IMG/VR virus record: IMGVR_UViG_3300005937_000004
Span: 14,950-78,949 of that record
From: a virus
Taxonomy: Duplodnaviria; Caudoviricetes
Length of the DNA stretch: 64,000 nucleotides
Reading direction: 5' to 3' (one strand)
Every line of letters begins with the position of its first letter. Position 1 is the first letter of the stretch. A program made the position numbers and the translations under genes. The notes beneath the pieces are model-generated. The model was not told the DNA's origin. It saw only the letters and a program-made list of their open reading frames with translations, and did not search any database. Of the stretch, positions 45,419 through 55,740 are shown piece by piece.

Positions 45419-45907
45419 TTAATCACCTCCCTTCCAGGTTAATTGTTTAAGTTGCACATCAAACGTTCTGATCGCGCTCAGGTCCCAAATGCAACCCGAC
45501 GCACAATCCCAGCCGTAATACCACATGTAATCCATGCGGCGCTCCCATAAATATGGGGTGATTATGATTCCCTGCCAGCGTGGATAGACCTTGGTCCAAT
45601 CGAGCCATCGGGGAGGACCATGCTCCCACGGCCCTAGACGCGCTTTAAACGCGTTATGGAACTTGTCCAATTCCTCCACATTGCGGATTAAAAGGACATT
45701 GGCGTCTGTCCACAGCTCTACCAGGTGCTCATAGACCAGACTATCGGTTCCCCAATCTTCACCGGTAGTCCAGGCCCGCCAGCCGAAGTCATCCTCATCT
45801 GACACCCACAACCCATTCGGCTTAAAATATGAGTCTCGATCTTTGATTGGATAAACACGGTTGCGATCTAAAGTGATTATTTCTTTGCCGTGTTTGATCA
45901 ATCTCAT
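45419..45907 (-). CDS. Conserved phage protein (KP.GLWVS...WYYGWDCAS.CIW type)
   Basis: Distinctive Trp-rich motif set. Confidence 0.75.
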   Translation of the reverse strand: MRLIKHGKEIITLDRNRVYPIKDRDSYFKPNGLWVSDEDDFGWRAWTTGEDWGTDSLVYEHLVELWTDANVLLIRNVEELDKFHNAFKARLGPWEHGPPRWLDWTKVYPRWQGIIITPYLWERRMDYMWYYGWDCASGCIWDLSAIRTFDVQLKQLTWKGGD

Positions 45908-46119
45908 GATGGATTGCCGGATCGGAATGACTTCAGTATCTCAGTTTTCCAGAGCACCTCGTCTTTATCGCTGACCTTCTTCAGAGATCCCCGGATGCCT
46001 TCCAGGACGGCCTTGGCGAAGACCGCCTCATGAAGGGTGCCGACGTCTCTGGCTTGAATTCTGGTGGTGACGGAGCCATCGGGAACCTCCTCAATTGTTA
46101 CTGTTATCTGGATAGCCAT
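45904..46119 (-). CDS. Hypothetical protein
   Basis: 71 aa; ATGA overlap. Confidence 0.55.
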   Translation of the reverse strand: MAIQITVTIEEVPDGSVTTRIQARDVGTLHEAVFAKAVLEGIRGSLKKVSDKDEVLWKTEILKSFRSGNPS

Positions 46120-46432
46120 CCTTCTTCTCCTTCCTGACTACGACAGCGGTCAATTGATTCGGATCGTTGGTGTCTGTGCCCTCTTTCCTGTCGATCTCTT
46201 CGACAGTGTTGGCCAGATCTATCAGGAACTCTCCCATGATCCGGCTGACCCGTGGTCCAGGCTGAAACGCTTTGAGCGTCAGCATCAATAGGGTGCACAT
46301 TTTCTGTTCATCTTCATTTGGGAGTTTCTTTGTCTTCATCACCAACCGGTTGATTACCGATCTCAATGCTGTGTCTCGCTCATCGCTCCACGCAGTGACT
46401 TGTTTTTCTCCTTCTTCTGGTTTCATTTTCAT
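46091..46432 (-). CDS. Hypothetical protein
   Basis: 113 aa. Confidence 0.6.
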   Translation of the reverse strand: MKMKPEEGEKQVTAWSDERDTALRSVINRLVMKTKKLPNEDEQKMCTLLMLTLKAFQPGPRVSRIMGEFLIDLANTVEEIDRKEGTDTNDPNQLTAVVVRKEKKDGYPDNSNN

Positions 46433-46638
46433 TTCAGTGTTTGTCCTTTGCTTGGGTGCCGGTTTATCCGGTCCTTTATAAAGTTAATAGCGTTGATTTC
46501 TACCGCCTCAAGAAACTCGTTGCTCACACGGTCGAATTTGTGAGCACGAGTCGCCTGGGCGTAATTGAGAGCTATGCGTTTAACGCATTCCCTCGAAGTG
46601 GCTCTGGTGGCCTTTCTGGCACGTTCCTTGGCATCCAT
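46429..46638 (-). CDS. Hypothetical protein (HPSKG.TL)
   Basis: 69 aa; ATGA overlap. Confidence 0.65.
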   Translation of the reverse strand: MDAKERARKATRATSRECVKRIALNYAQATRAHKFDRVSNEFLEAVEINAINFIKDRINRHPSKGQTLK

Positions 46639-47167
46639 ACGTTTCTCTGCTCCAGGTTAATTGATCCACATGGTATAGACGCTTCATCAGGTCTTTATGG
46701 GTCTCCGAGCAACCAGGTTCGGTCAGGTACAGATAGTCTGATCCCTCCGTCTTCATTTCAATCAGCACCTGGACCGCATGTTCACACGCTTCCCTGAGTT
46801 GCGTATCTCCGTCAGCATACTCAATGCCACGGCTCATTGGATGCGCTGCGTGCCATCTCTGCTGCACCTTGGCCATGAACTCGTTCCCGTTGACTTTATT
46901 GGACCCTAACTCCGCTACCGCGAACCGACGCATGCCATCGGCTCTAGCCTTTCGGGATGACCATCCACGGTCATTCATTCTGATCCCGAAACTTACTACC
47001 TGATCATCTACACAGAATATAGGATGATCGTTGTATTCAATGTGATTGCAGGCTTTGCTCACAGCCTGTTGTACACAGAATGTGTTCAGATTGTTGCCTG
47101 CACCGTTTTCCAAACCTCCAGTGATGATGTTCAGCACCTTCTCAATAATGTCTTTTGTTATTTTCAT
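46580..47167 (-). CDS. Hypothetical protein (FCV..AV..DHP.FCV..FGIRMND type)
   Basis: Start reassigned to MKITKD. Confidence 0.65.
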   Translation of the reverse strand: MKITKDIIEKVLNIITGGLENGAGNNLNTFCVQQAVSKACNHIEYNDHPIFCVDDQVVSFGIRMNDRGWSSRKARADGMRRFAVAELGSNKVNGNEFMAKVQQRWHAAHPMSRGIEYADGDTQLREACEHAVQVLIEMKTEGSDYLYLTEPGCSETHKDLMKRLYHVDQLTWSRETYGCQGTCQKGHQSHFEGMR

Positions 47168-47385
47168 ATTTCCCTTCATTGTTGATTGTTTGGTTTGCCC
47201 TGGAGGGGGGTGGTGGCCTATTGTCACCCGGGCCACCTGCGGGGTATCCACCTCAATGTTTTTGCTTCAGGATGGCCAGAAGCAATCGGATATAACCGAG
47301 TGCGATCCGGCGCTGCCTTGATGTCATTTTCATTTTTAGGTTGCGGCAGACGCTCATGCCGGTCTGCCAGCGGCTCTCCTTTTTA

Positions 47386-47667
47386 CTACCGGCGAATGGG
47401 CGAGGTAGTTGGCTTGTTTAGCCGTATGACCCGGCTGCCAAACGAATCCGAACCGGAGATCTTTCCGGACACGCCGTTGCTGTAACGGAAGTATTGAGTC
47501 CCGAACGAATCCGGACCCGAAATCTTCCCCTTGAATCCATTAGGCCCACTGACATAGCGAGCCCCGAAGGAATCAGGTTTACTGACTCTGTAGTCCTGGC
47601 CGACCGCGCATTTGGCTAGGATCACTCCAATTAAAGCTGCGATTGTGCAGCCGAGGAAGAACTTCAC
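47386..47667 (-). CDS. Secreted protein with three (P/S)DSFG repeats
   Basis: Signal peptide plus repeats. Confidence 0.7.
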   Translation of the reverse strand: MKFFLGCTIAALIGVILAKCAVGQDYRVSKPDSFGARYVSGPNGFKGKISGPDSFGTQYFRYSNGVSGKISGSDSFGSRVIRLNKPTTSPIRR

Positions 47668-47867
47668 AGTTTCTCCTTTCGCTTAGCTTTCCGATTGCGG
47701 ATCAGCTTGTAGACCCGCATACCGGCAGCGATAAGTGTAGCGAGTGCGAACGCAACCGTTTCCACTTCATCCTGCTGGAAGTAAGGCCAATGCCGATGGA
47801 TCTTCTTGATCCTGGTGGCCCGACGTTTTTTCTTACGAGGCTGAACAGCCTCTTGAGGTTGAGACAT
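47664..47867 (-). CDS. Hypothetical basic protein
   Basis: 67 aa; GTGA overlap. Confidence 0.55.
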   Translation of the reverse strand: MSQPQEAVQPRKKKRRATRIKKIHRHWPYFQQDEVETVAFALATLIAAGMRVYKLIRNRKAKRKEKL

Positions 47868-47967
47868 AATGTCCTCCTTTTGATTTCAGGTTTCTGTTAC
47901 ATTCGATGACCCTGAAAGGATCACCGACACATCAGCACTGGTTGCCCAATGCTGACGGTGTCGAGGA

Positions 47968-48264
47968 TCAGTTGAGCCGATACTCTTCTGCGATCTTGTC
48001 GATCTGATGGTCAACCAGCGTTTTGACTGAGCTGGAGACCTCTCGCATGTTTGGAGGACCCTCTTTCTCTTGCCGGGTCTTGGGTGCCCATTTCAATATG
48101 ATCTTGGTGAGCCCATCATTAGACTTCCAATACTCGGTGTAGTCACCAACGAAGCGTCCATCTTTGCCTCGTCGGTCGTACTCGCATTTTTTGTCACGGG
48201 AATACCGGACAAATCCTGCGGCACACAGGAGGGTTCTTACAATGCATCTTTCTTGTGTTGTCAT
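47968..48264 (-). CDS. Hypothetical protein
   Basis: 98 aa. Confidence 0.55.
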   Translation of the reverse strand: MTTQERCIVRTLLCAAGFVRYSRDKKCEYDRRGKDGRFVGDYTEYWKSNDGLTKIILKWAPKTRQEKEGPPNMREVSSSVKTLVDHQIDKIAEEYRLN

Positions 48265-48304
48265 GGTTTTTATTTCAGGTTTTGGTTTCTGTTGCTTCTA
48301 ACAA

Positions 48305-49174
48305 TTAATCCCAGGCGCGATTGCGTCTGCGCTGTGCTGCTTCTCGCTGATCAGAACTGACGTGAAGTTTCGCTTCAGCGTTGTGAACGCACTTGTGCCA
48401 TCCCTTCAGATAGAGCGGCGCGTGATGACCAGATCTGCTATCCCAGATGTATCCATGAGCGTAAGTTCCTTCCTGCCTGCCGCCGATATTGATGGCCGTT
48501 AACGCGACATGCGTGGTATTGCCCAGAGTTATCCTTTTGGCTTGTCGAGCTAACCTGGACAAATGCTTGGTCATTCGTCTTCCTGTCTTAACGAAGAACC
48601 ATTCGCCCTGCCGTTGTGCATTGGCAGGCACCCCTTTCGGTCGCAGGACACTGTGAGCTGACCGGATGGATTTAACTTTCTTGGGAAGCGGCGAGATGAA
48701 GTTCGCCGTTTCATCCATCCCAATTAAGAGGTGGTTCACGGTTCGGTTTGGGACTGTCGCTGTGACTCGCGCCCAGCAATGATAATATGGCGATCCACCA
48801 TTGTACCTTTCGAATTTCTTCGTCCTGAACTTGTCTTCCGTCCACTGGGTGCCGAACGGCATCGTCATAGGGAAGTTGTTCCTGAACTGTTTTTCTAATC
48901 CTTTCAGGGTCGGTTCTTCATCAGCATACTGAGAGATTCGCACCGTTCTGCGGACCACTCTACTTCGTTCACGGATAGTGGCGGCGACCTGTCGATGTCT
49001 GACACTTCCGACCACTTCCACTCTGGCCGTGCCCTGATTGACGAGCACGGTGCCTTCTGCCCCTTCTTTCTTGCGCCGATCGATTGTGATCGCAAACACA
49101 TCCAGCCCCGCCGGGGGTCGTCTGTATTCACGGGCTTTGATGTTTCGTTTCTTTAATTCTTTTACTAGGTTCAT
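48305..49174 (-). CDS. Basic protein with C-terminal RQGE domain
   Basis: LLIGMDE..FISPLP....I..AH..LRP and RQGEWFFV. Confidence 0.7.
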   Translation of the reverse strand: MNLVKELKKRNIKAREYRRPPAGLDVFAITIDRRKKEGAEGTVLVNQGTARVEVVGSVRHRQVAATIRERSRVVRRTVRISQYADEEPTLKGLEKQFRNNFPMTMPFGTQWTEDKFRTKKFERYNGGSPYYHCWARVTATVPNRTVNHLLIGMDETANFISPLPKKVKSIRSAHSVLRPKGVPANAQRQGEWFFVKTGRRMTKHLSRLARQAKRITLGNTTHVALTAINIGGRQEGTYAHGYIWDSRSGHHAPLYLKGWHKCVHNAEAKLHVSSDQREAAQRRRNRAWD

Positions 49175-49236
49175 TTTTCCTTTCTGTTGTTGTTTGGGTT
49201 GCGTTCATGGGGGAAATTGACAGAGAGACGTAATTC

Positions 49237-49536
49237 ATGGCTGATGGCGGACTACTCTTGATCTATCGGTCGATGCCGACCGATAAACTCCTGGAATTGC
49301 AGGAAATGATGTGGGACCAGATGACCAGTATGAAGGATTACACCTCCATGACGGCTGGAGCTAAATCTTGGACCCGAGACTTCAGACAATTAGCCGGACA
49401 ACTGGAAGCACTCACTTTCGTTTTGAACGAACGCGGCAGTGGAGGGAAAGTCGGCTATGATTCAGTTGGTGTTGTTGATTTCAGCTGCCAGAGCATTAAC
49501 CGTCGTCCTGGTGACACGGAAAACCTGAACTACTAA
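49237..49536 (+). CDS. Head-tail joining/head completion protein (gpW position)
   Basis: Small gene immediately before the portal; TTGACA 14 nt upstream. Confidence 0.55.
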   Translation: MADGGLLLIYRSMPTDKLLELQEMMWDQMTSMKDYTSMTAGAKSWTRDFRQLAGQLEALTFVLNERGSGGKVGYDSVGVVDFSCQSINRRPGDTENLNY

Positions 49537-51371
49537 TGGCTCTTAAAAAACCGCAGGAACGGCTCAACGCCTGGGATAAAGTCCGATCATTCTTCGATCC
49601 CATGCAGGGATTGATTCGGATGAAAGCTCGCGAGATCGAAGCCAACATCCACGAGTTTTCTTATGGATACAACGAAAGTCCTATTGCCAGGGGCGGCAGC
49701 GGCGGCATGTACGCTCATGCTTCGGCTGAGACCTGGAAGAGTGCTCGCGATCGACTGAAAATGATATGGGACGCTCGCGACCTGTGCATGTACGATTTTG
49801 TGGGTGGCATCATTGCCAGGATCATCATCTACGTCTGCGGCCAATGCCGAACTAAATCTTTAACCGGTGACGAGCAGGTCGACCAGATGTACGACGATTA
49901 CTTCCACGGCTGGTGCGGAGATGAACCTGCACCCGATGGAACGATGAGATGCGATTTAAGTGGACGCCACAGATTCCTCAAAATGCTGCAGATGGCGTTC
50001 TGGGGTTTCCTGGTTGACGGAGATCACGGACTACTGGAAATTGCTCCCCTCGAATCGCCTACAGGTGAATACTGCTTGCAAGCGGTGGAAGCCGACCGGT
50101 TGGGTAGCCCTCTTGAGCAACTGGTTCAAGAGAACTATGTCTCGGGAATTGGTATTGATACGGTCACTGGGCGTGTCCAATTCTACCGGATTTTCAGACG
50201 CACCCGCACTAATCAATATATCCTCGATCGGGAAGTTGCACCGGATGCTTTCATCCATGTGCACGACCCTGACAAACCTGACGAATATCGTGGCCGAACC
50301 AAACTGCTCCGACTCCTTAACGACGCTAGGGACATCAGAGAATGGGTCGAAGCAGAGAAAAGCGCTGGTAAAACTCAGGCACAATGGGCGGCTCTTGTCG
50401 GCGTAAGAGACGTATACCAAAACCAGAGCGGCGCATTCGCCTGGACAGACAAAACTCCGGAAGGCACTCCCACACAACCCGCCAAATGGGGTCAGATCAT
50501 GAAGATGGCCGAAGGCGAAGTCTTCGATATGCTGGCTCCACCAGCACGGCCTTCCGGAGCTTTCATTTCTTTTGTGGAGATGCTTCTTCGCAAGATGGCT
50601 GTTTCCCTGGATCTGCCGTATGGATTCATGTGGAACCTTGCCACCCTTGGCGGTGTGACGGCGAGAATAGAGGTTCAACAAGCCTTGCGCCGGATCGATT
50701 ATTGGAGGAACACTGTCCTGGTTGGTAAAATACTTAACCGGGTTAGGGAAAAGGTTATCGCTAATGGAATCGCTTTACAGATATTGCCGCCGCACCCACT
50801 CTGGCGAAAATGCGAATGGCACTGGGGACTCTCCATCCAAACAGACGTGGGCTATGAGATGGAATCGGATATCGCAGCGTTACAGACTGGAATCGTGCCA
50901 ATCAACGATGTCTGCGAGAAATACGGTCACGATCCGAAAGAGGTATTCGATGCGAACGCCACTACTGCAAACGAAGCTATTGTCTCTGGCAGTGAACACG
51001 CTATTCCTGTTGAGGTATTTGCACGGGGCCTTTATCCGGATATTACCATGCAGAGAGCAGCGATGGTCACTGGTCCTGTGCCACCGCCTGAACCTGGCTC
51101 TATTGAAGCTCTTGGCGATAAGGGCGTCAAACAACTCGTCGACCTCCTCAAGGCTGTAGGTGACGGGAAGATAGATGCTGATGCTGCAGAGCAGACATTG
51201 ATCAATACTTTTGGTATCCCGCCAGAGATGGCCAAGAAGATGGTACCAGAACCGGATCTATCTGTGATCAAAGCGCTCCATCCAAAACCTGCTGCTCCTG
51301 GTGCAGGGAACGGGTCTAAGCCTGGTGCTGCACAGAAAAAAAGATCGAAGTCAGCATATGCCCGGAAGTAG
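49536..51371 (+). CDS. Portal protein (lambda family)
   Basis: ARDL, DGD, LQAVEADR, GI..D..GR..FYRI, FIHV....PDEYRG, L.EGE; size and position. Confidence 0.93.
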   Translation: MALKKPQERLNAWDKVRSFFDPMQGLIRMKAREIEANIHEFSYGYNESPIARGGSGGMYAHASAETWKSARDRLKMIWDARDLCMYDFVGGIIARIIIYVCGQCRTKSLTGDEQVDQMYDDYFHGWCGDEPAPDGTMRCDLSGRHRFLKMLQMAFWGFLVDGDHGLLEIAPLESPTGEYCLQAVEADRLGSPLEQLVQENYVSGIGIDTVTGRVQFYRIFRRTRTNQYILDREVAPDAFIHVHDPDKPDEYRGRTKLLRLLNDARDIREWVEAEKSAGKTQAQWAALVGVRDVYQNQSGAFAWTDKTPEGTPTQPAKWGQIMKMAEGEVFDMLAPPARPSGAFISFVEMLLRKMAVSLDLPYGFMWNLATLGGVTARIEVQQALRRIDYWRNTVLVGKILNRVREKVIANGIALQILPPHPLWRKCEWHWGLSIQTDVGYEMESDIAALQTGIVPINDVCEKYGHDPKEVFDANATTANEAIVSGSEHAIPVEVFARGLYPDITMQRAAMVTGPVPPPEPGSIEALGDKGVKQLVDLLKAVGDGKIDADAAEQTLINTFGIPPEMAKKMVPEPDLSVIKALHPKPAAPGAGNGSKPGAAQKKRSKSAYARK

Positions 51372-51468
51372 ATGGTTCCCACTATTGTTTTTTTGTCTTT
51401 TGCCTCGAACCTGACTTTTTCCGAAATTTTGCATAATTGGTGGCGAAATTGACATGCCCTACTGATAC

Positions 51469-54400
51469 GTGTTCGACACCTCCAATCCTGTGCCCCGTAC
51501 TGAGGGTAAACGCGCCCTGAATCGGTTGGCGCGCAAACTTCGCAGCGAAATCAGGTTTGCTACCAAGACATGGATGCCTGTGCTTCCATCTCCAAAGCCA
51601 GGTGAGATCCAGGAAGCTTATGACCCTGGCAGCATGTACAACATCTCACCTGAAGGCCGAAGAATCAGGGAAGCAGTGCTCTACAAAAGGCCAGCAAAAC
51701 AACTCCGTATCCATGGAGCCATGGCTGGCGCTGACATAGGAAAGCCGCAGGTCACTTACAAAGTTATGCGACCACTAGCCCCTGGGCAGTCACAGCCATA
51801 TTCTACTCCTAAGGGCATGCATTGGGCTACTGTTGGTAAGCTCGACATCCAGCGTGGAGAAGCTTTTAAGGAACAGCCTACCTACAGGCGCAACAGGTTG
51901 GATTGGAGCAAATACGTTGGCGCTCATGTCGAGAACCAGCTTGTTGCCGAACGCAAAAGACTGCAGATGGCTGGAGTAGCTGAGACCATTGGAGAAACCA
52001 GGAAACGTCTCCATGGTCAACTGACGCGGGACTTTCTGGCGCAGGTTCGCGAACAATACGCTGGTGAGCGGATGAGTAAAAGCCAGCTGCGCGCTGCTAC
52101 ATCCAGGCACATTGAAGGCATGATGCGGGGTGCCCGGGATTACATGGCTGGCGGACTACGCCAGAGCCGGGCAATCATTCGGGCCCGTGGAGTAGATCCA
52201 CTGTTGGCCAGGGCTCATCCGGAGCGAATGGTTGAATATAAAAGACGTCTGGAAGCTGCCACGCCTGCTCGTCAGTTGGAGTCTAAAGCTACCAGAGGCT
52301 TCATGGTAAATCAGCTCAACGAGATCGCTGCCCGTGGCATGAATGTCGTTGCTCAGGAGAAAGAATCCGATTGGATGTTGAAGCGTGATAAACTACATCT
52401 TCACAGACAAATGATTGCCAGCCCAGAGTGGGCACAACGATCAGGACTCTCTCCAGAGAAACTGCAGGAAAAAGTGGCAGAGGCTGACGCAGCTTTGGAA
52501 GAACATTTCAATCTTCGCAGGACCCAGGCTGAAATCAAAGATCAAGCCAGCAGGACTGTTGCGCTGTTACACGACAAACCTGAATCCTGGGGTGGCACTC
52601 CTTTATCCAAAGAGAACGCTGAAACCATTGCTGACATCCTGCAGAAAGGCAGCAAGAGCGGTAAACCAATCACTGCCGAACACGTTAAACGTATCAAATC
52701 CCATTTCGATGATTTGTATGCTCGCACAGCCAATGTAGAGGGTGTCCAGAAAGGTTTGCTGGCCAGGGGCGACATCTTTAAGAAACCGATAGCAACAGCT
52801 CGCGCCGGATACCCACACCTTGGTAAACTCGGGGTCGGTGCTGGAATAGCCGGGATCGCGGCTGGCGGGTTGGTGCTTCGTTCGTATTTCAAACAACGTA
52901 AACGAGAGCGTCAGATGTCCAGTCGTGGCCGAGTAATCCAGTTCGCAAAGAAGTTCGGTGATCTACCGGAAGACATGCAGAAGATCATCAACGTGGCTTT
53001 CGACAAGATCGCCATGCAAGGATACTACGAAGCCAAGAGGAAAGCCGCAGCTACTGGGGCCAAATCTACGAACATCGTAGTCAATAAGCGTCTTCGTCGC
53101 AGGGCTGCATTAACGAAGCTGAAACGCAAATGGGGCACAGAATTTCTCCAGAAAGTCCTGGCTCATCCCGAACTCCCAACCCATCCGAATGCTCCAAACT
53201 GGAAAACGATGTTTGAGCATAAACAGGCAGAGAATCTGATGCTCAGGAGACAACAAGCAACTCATGCCCATATCCGTGCTGAAACTCTGAAAGAACAAGA
53301 ATCGATACTTGGCGCTCAAGCCAAAGAACGGGAAAGAGAAAGTTATACCCGTGGGATTCAATCAGGCAAAGAAATGGCGAAAGCGTCGGCCCAATCTGCC
53401 TATGAAAAGAGAGCCGACGAACTGGCTGCTGCCATTGGTGAACAGAGCGAAAAGCGAGCCAGACGCCTTAAATGGATTGCTGGTGGGACGCTGGGTGCCG
53501 GTGCGATCGGTGGATATGCACTTGGCAGGCACGATAAAGCTTCCCATGAACGTCACGATGCTCTGGCAATCATGGCATTGACCAAACGCAGAATGGCTCC
53601 ACGGCAACCCAGACAGACCACGCCTCCCGGATTCACCATCACTATTGGTGGGATAAACGGGAACAAACGACGCAACGTGGAGTTTGCTGCCAACGACGAT
53701 GACGAAGGTCCTGAATGGTTACGGGAATGGGCACACAAGAAGCTTTACGGGAGAGACTACAGCACACTGGGGCAAGCTCAGAGGGTCAAGAAATATTATG
53801 GCCGCACCCACCGGTTGATCCGTGACATCAATATCAAACGCCAGGGATTACCAAATCTCGATCCGCGAGGTCGTGTACGAAAGAACGAATGGGAAAAACC
53901 ATGGGTAGCCGGTGCCCTTACCACTGCCGGATTGGCCAGCCTGATCTTTGGTGGGAAGAGAGCTGTTAGATTTCTCAGAGAAGCTTCTCCACAGAGCAGG
54001 ATTGGTCAGCTCGTTGAAGGATTTAGGCGTGGCAACGTCCCAGGAGTCAAAGCTAAGGGATTAGCAAAGGTCGGCGGTTTTTATCATGGTATCGGTGAAG
54101 AACTTAAGCGGTGGCGCGATAAACCATTGCACGCGAAACCGAAGTATGAATACTCGAAGTTTGATCCTGTAACCGGCAAAATGAAAAGCGAAGAGCAAAT
54201 AAAACGGGAAATAGCAAAGGCGAGCAATGTCGAAGTCCTGGAAGAAATCGCGAAACGCCGAAAGATTCATCCATGGGAGAAAGGCGCAGGTGAAACAGGT
54301 TTCCGATCTGTCTTGCAAGAGATCCGATTCAGAGCTCTACCGGATCTTGAGCCTCCGCCTTACCTGCCAAGCCGAACCCTGGTTGCCCGCGATCGCTACA

Positions 54401-55740
54401 TGAAAGCAATCCATGAACGCGACATCGCCAGGGCTAATCGGTTATATGCTCACGCTGCTGCGATCGGCGCTGGTGCTGGAGCTCTACTGCGTGGTAAACT
54501 TCCAGTTGGTAAAGCCGCCGTTATTGGAGCTGCAGCCGGACTTGGAACACAGAAAGCAGCTCGAATCATTGGAAAAACTACCAGAGATCAATTTGGTGAA
54601 CGCAGCGTAACCGGTAAACGAATCGAAAGGACGCCAGGTATAGTTGGCGTTGGCGCTATCGGAACGATACTGGCTCGTAGACTTTGGAAGGGTAAAATGC
54701 TGCTTTCTGCTCGTGGTCGACCGATCCAGTTTGCTTCACGTCCGTCTCGCGAAGAAAAAGAGGATCTACCTCGCGACATAGCTATTGGCGCAATTGAGGC
54801 TGGAGCGGCATTCCCATTCACTGAACGAGCAGTCCGTTATCTGAGACCCAAGGGTGGACCAGGCAAAATCCTTGCAGCTGGCATTGTTGGCGGTCTGGCT
54901 ACTGGTGGAATTGGATACGGCATCAATAGAACCCTCAAAGCGATCAGAGAACGCCGAGAAGAACGAAGAGCGTACAGACGCGCACATCCTCGATTCAGTT
55001 GGATGTTTAGCGCCACCGGAACACCTCGAAAACGACTTGGCCTAACGAGTGGTTTGGTTCGGTTCGAAGAACCCAAACGCAAACATAACCTGCTTGCCGG
55101 AGCAGCGATCGCGTCTATCGGCATTCCTCAAGCCAGGGGCGCTTTCAAGTTTACCCGTGCAGCTCTCAATCCCAGGATTGGAAGGTTTACTGGGAAAGGC
55201 ACCCACTACGGGAAGATGGTAGCTGATTACCTGGAGGGGTCACAACAGGTCTTGAACCGGGGACCGATCGGAAAACTGGCTGGTGTAGTGCTGCGTAATC
55301 CTCAGGCTGCTCCGGTCAAAAAGGCTGTCAAATGGATCGGGGGAGGCAGCAGCGGGGTCAACAAATTGAACCGAGAGCATTTCTCTTCATTCAGGGCTTC
55401 CCCGACAGAAGCTCTACTTTCATGGACAGAAGAAGTTGAAGCGGCTCAGCGCGCTGGCAGCCTCGGTGCACGTAAACATGGTCTTCAGTCCGAAGCGGCG
55501 TTTAAGCATATACGCGATTTGACCGCGAACAAAGGCTACAACGAGACTGAAGCCATTCGACATGTAGCTATGAATCCAAAGCATCAGGAATTGTTCAGGC
55601 GATTGGCGACATTTAAAGGTGAATATTTTCCGCGTTACGCTCAGATCTCCAGCGGTATTGCTGCCGCTCCATTGACTGCCGGGGCAGGTGTGGCTGCCAC
55701 TAAACGTAAGAACGGAAACGCCTCGCCAAAGCGGCGATAA
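51469..55740 (+). CDS. Large basic internal head/ejection polyprotein, 1423 aa
   Basis: Repeated modules of Gly/Ala-rich hydrophobic helix plus basic run, separated by (I/V)xF motifs; located after the portal. Confidence 0.65.
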   Translation: MFDTSNPVPRTEGKRALNRLARKLRSEIRFATKTWMPVLPSPKPGEIQEAYDPGSMYNISPEGRRIREAVLYKRPAKQLRIHGAMAGADIGKPQVTYKVMRPLAPGQSQPYSTPKGMHWATVGKLDIQRGEAFKEQPTYRRNRLDWSKYVGAHVENQLVAERKRLQMAGVAETIGETRKRLHGQLTRDFLAQVREQYAGERMSKSQLRAATSRHIEGMMRGARDYMAGGLRQSRAIIRARGVDPLLARAHPERMVEYKRRLEAATPARQLESKATRGFMVNQLNEIAARGMNVVAQEKESDWMLKRDKLHLHRQMIASPEWAQRSGLSPEKLQEKVAEADAALEEHFNLRRTQAEIKDQASRTVALLHDKPESWGGTPLSKENAETIADILQKGSKSGKPITAEHVKRIKSHFDDLYARTANVEGVQKGLLARGDIFKKPIATARAGYPHLGKLGVGAGIAGIAAGGLVLRSYFKQRKRERQMSSRGRVIQFAKKFGDLPEDMQKIINVAFDKIAMQGYYEAKRKAAATGAKSTNIVVNKRLRRRAALTKLKRKWGTEFLQKVLAHPELPTHPNAPNWKTMFEHKQAENLMLRRQQATHAHIRAETLKEQESILGAQAKERERESYTRGIQSGKEMAKASAQSAYEKRADELAAAIGEQSEKRARRLKWIAGGTLGAGAIGGYALGRHDKASHERHDALAIMALTKRRMAPRQPRQTTPPGFTITIGGINGNKRRNVEFAANDDDEGPEWLREWAHKKLYGRDYSTLGQAQRVKKYYGRTHRLIRDINIKRQGLPNLDPRGRVRKNEWEKPWVAGALTTAGLASLIFGGKRAVRFLREASPQSRIGQLVEGFRRGNVPGVKAKGLAKVGGFYHGIGEELKRWRDKPLHAKPKYEYSKFDPVTGKMKSEEQIKREIAKASNVEVLEEIAKRRKIHPWEKGAGETGFRSVLQEIRFRALPDLEPPPYLPSRTLVARDRYMKAIHERDIARANRLYAHAAAIGAGAGALLRGKLPVGKAAVIGAAAGLGTQKAARIIGKTTRDQFGERSVTGKRIERTPGIVGVGAIGTILARRLWKGKMLLSARGRPIQFASRPSREEKEDLPRDIAIGAIEAGAAFPFTERAVRYLRPKGGPGKILAAGIVGGLATGGIGYGINRTLKAIRERREERRAYRRAHPRFSWMFSATGTPRKRLGLTSGLVRFEEPKRKHNLLAGAAIASIGIPQARGAFKFTRAALNPRIGRFTGKGTHYGKMVADYLEGSQQVLNRGPIGKLAGVVLRNPQAAPVKKAVKWIGGGSSGVNKLNREHFSSFRASPTEALLSWTEEVEAAQRAGSLGARKHGLQSEAAFKHIRDLTANKGYNETEAIRHVAMNPKHQELFRRLATFKGEYFPRYAQISSGIAAAPLTAGAGVAATKRKNGNASPKRR

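Noticed and set aside
47440-47580. Repeated CGAATCCGGA/CGAATCCGAA DNA motif
   Set aside because: Explained by the (P/S)DSFG protein repeats
50031-50681. 216-aa antisense ORF
   Set aside because: Shadow of the portal gene
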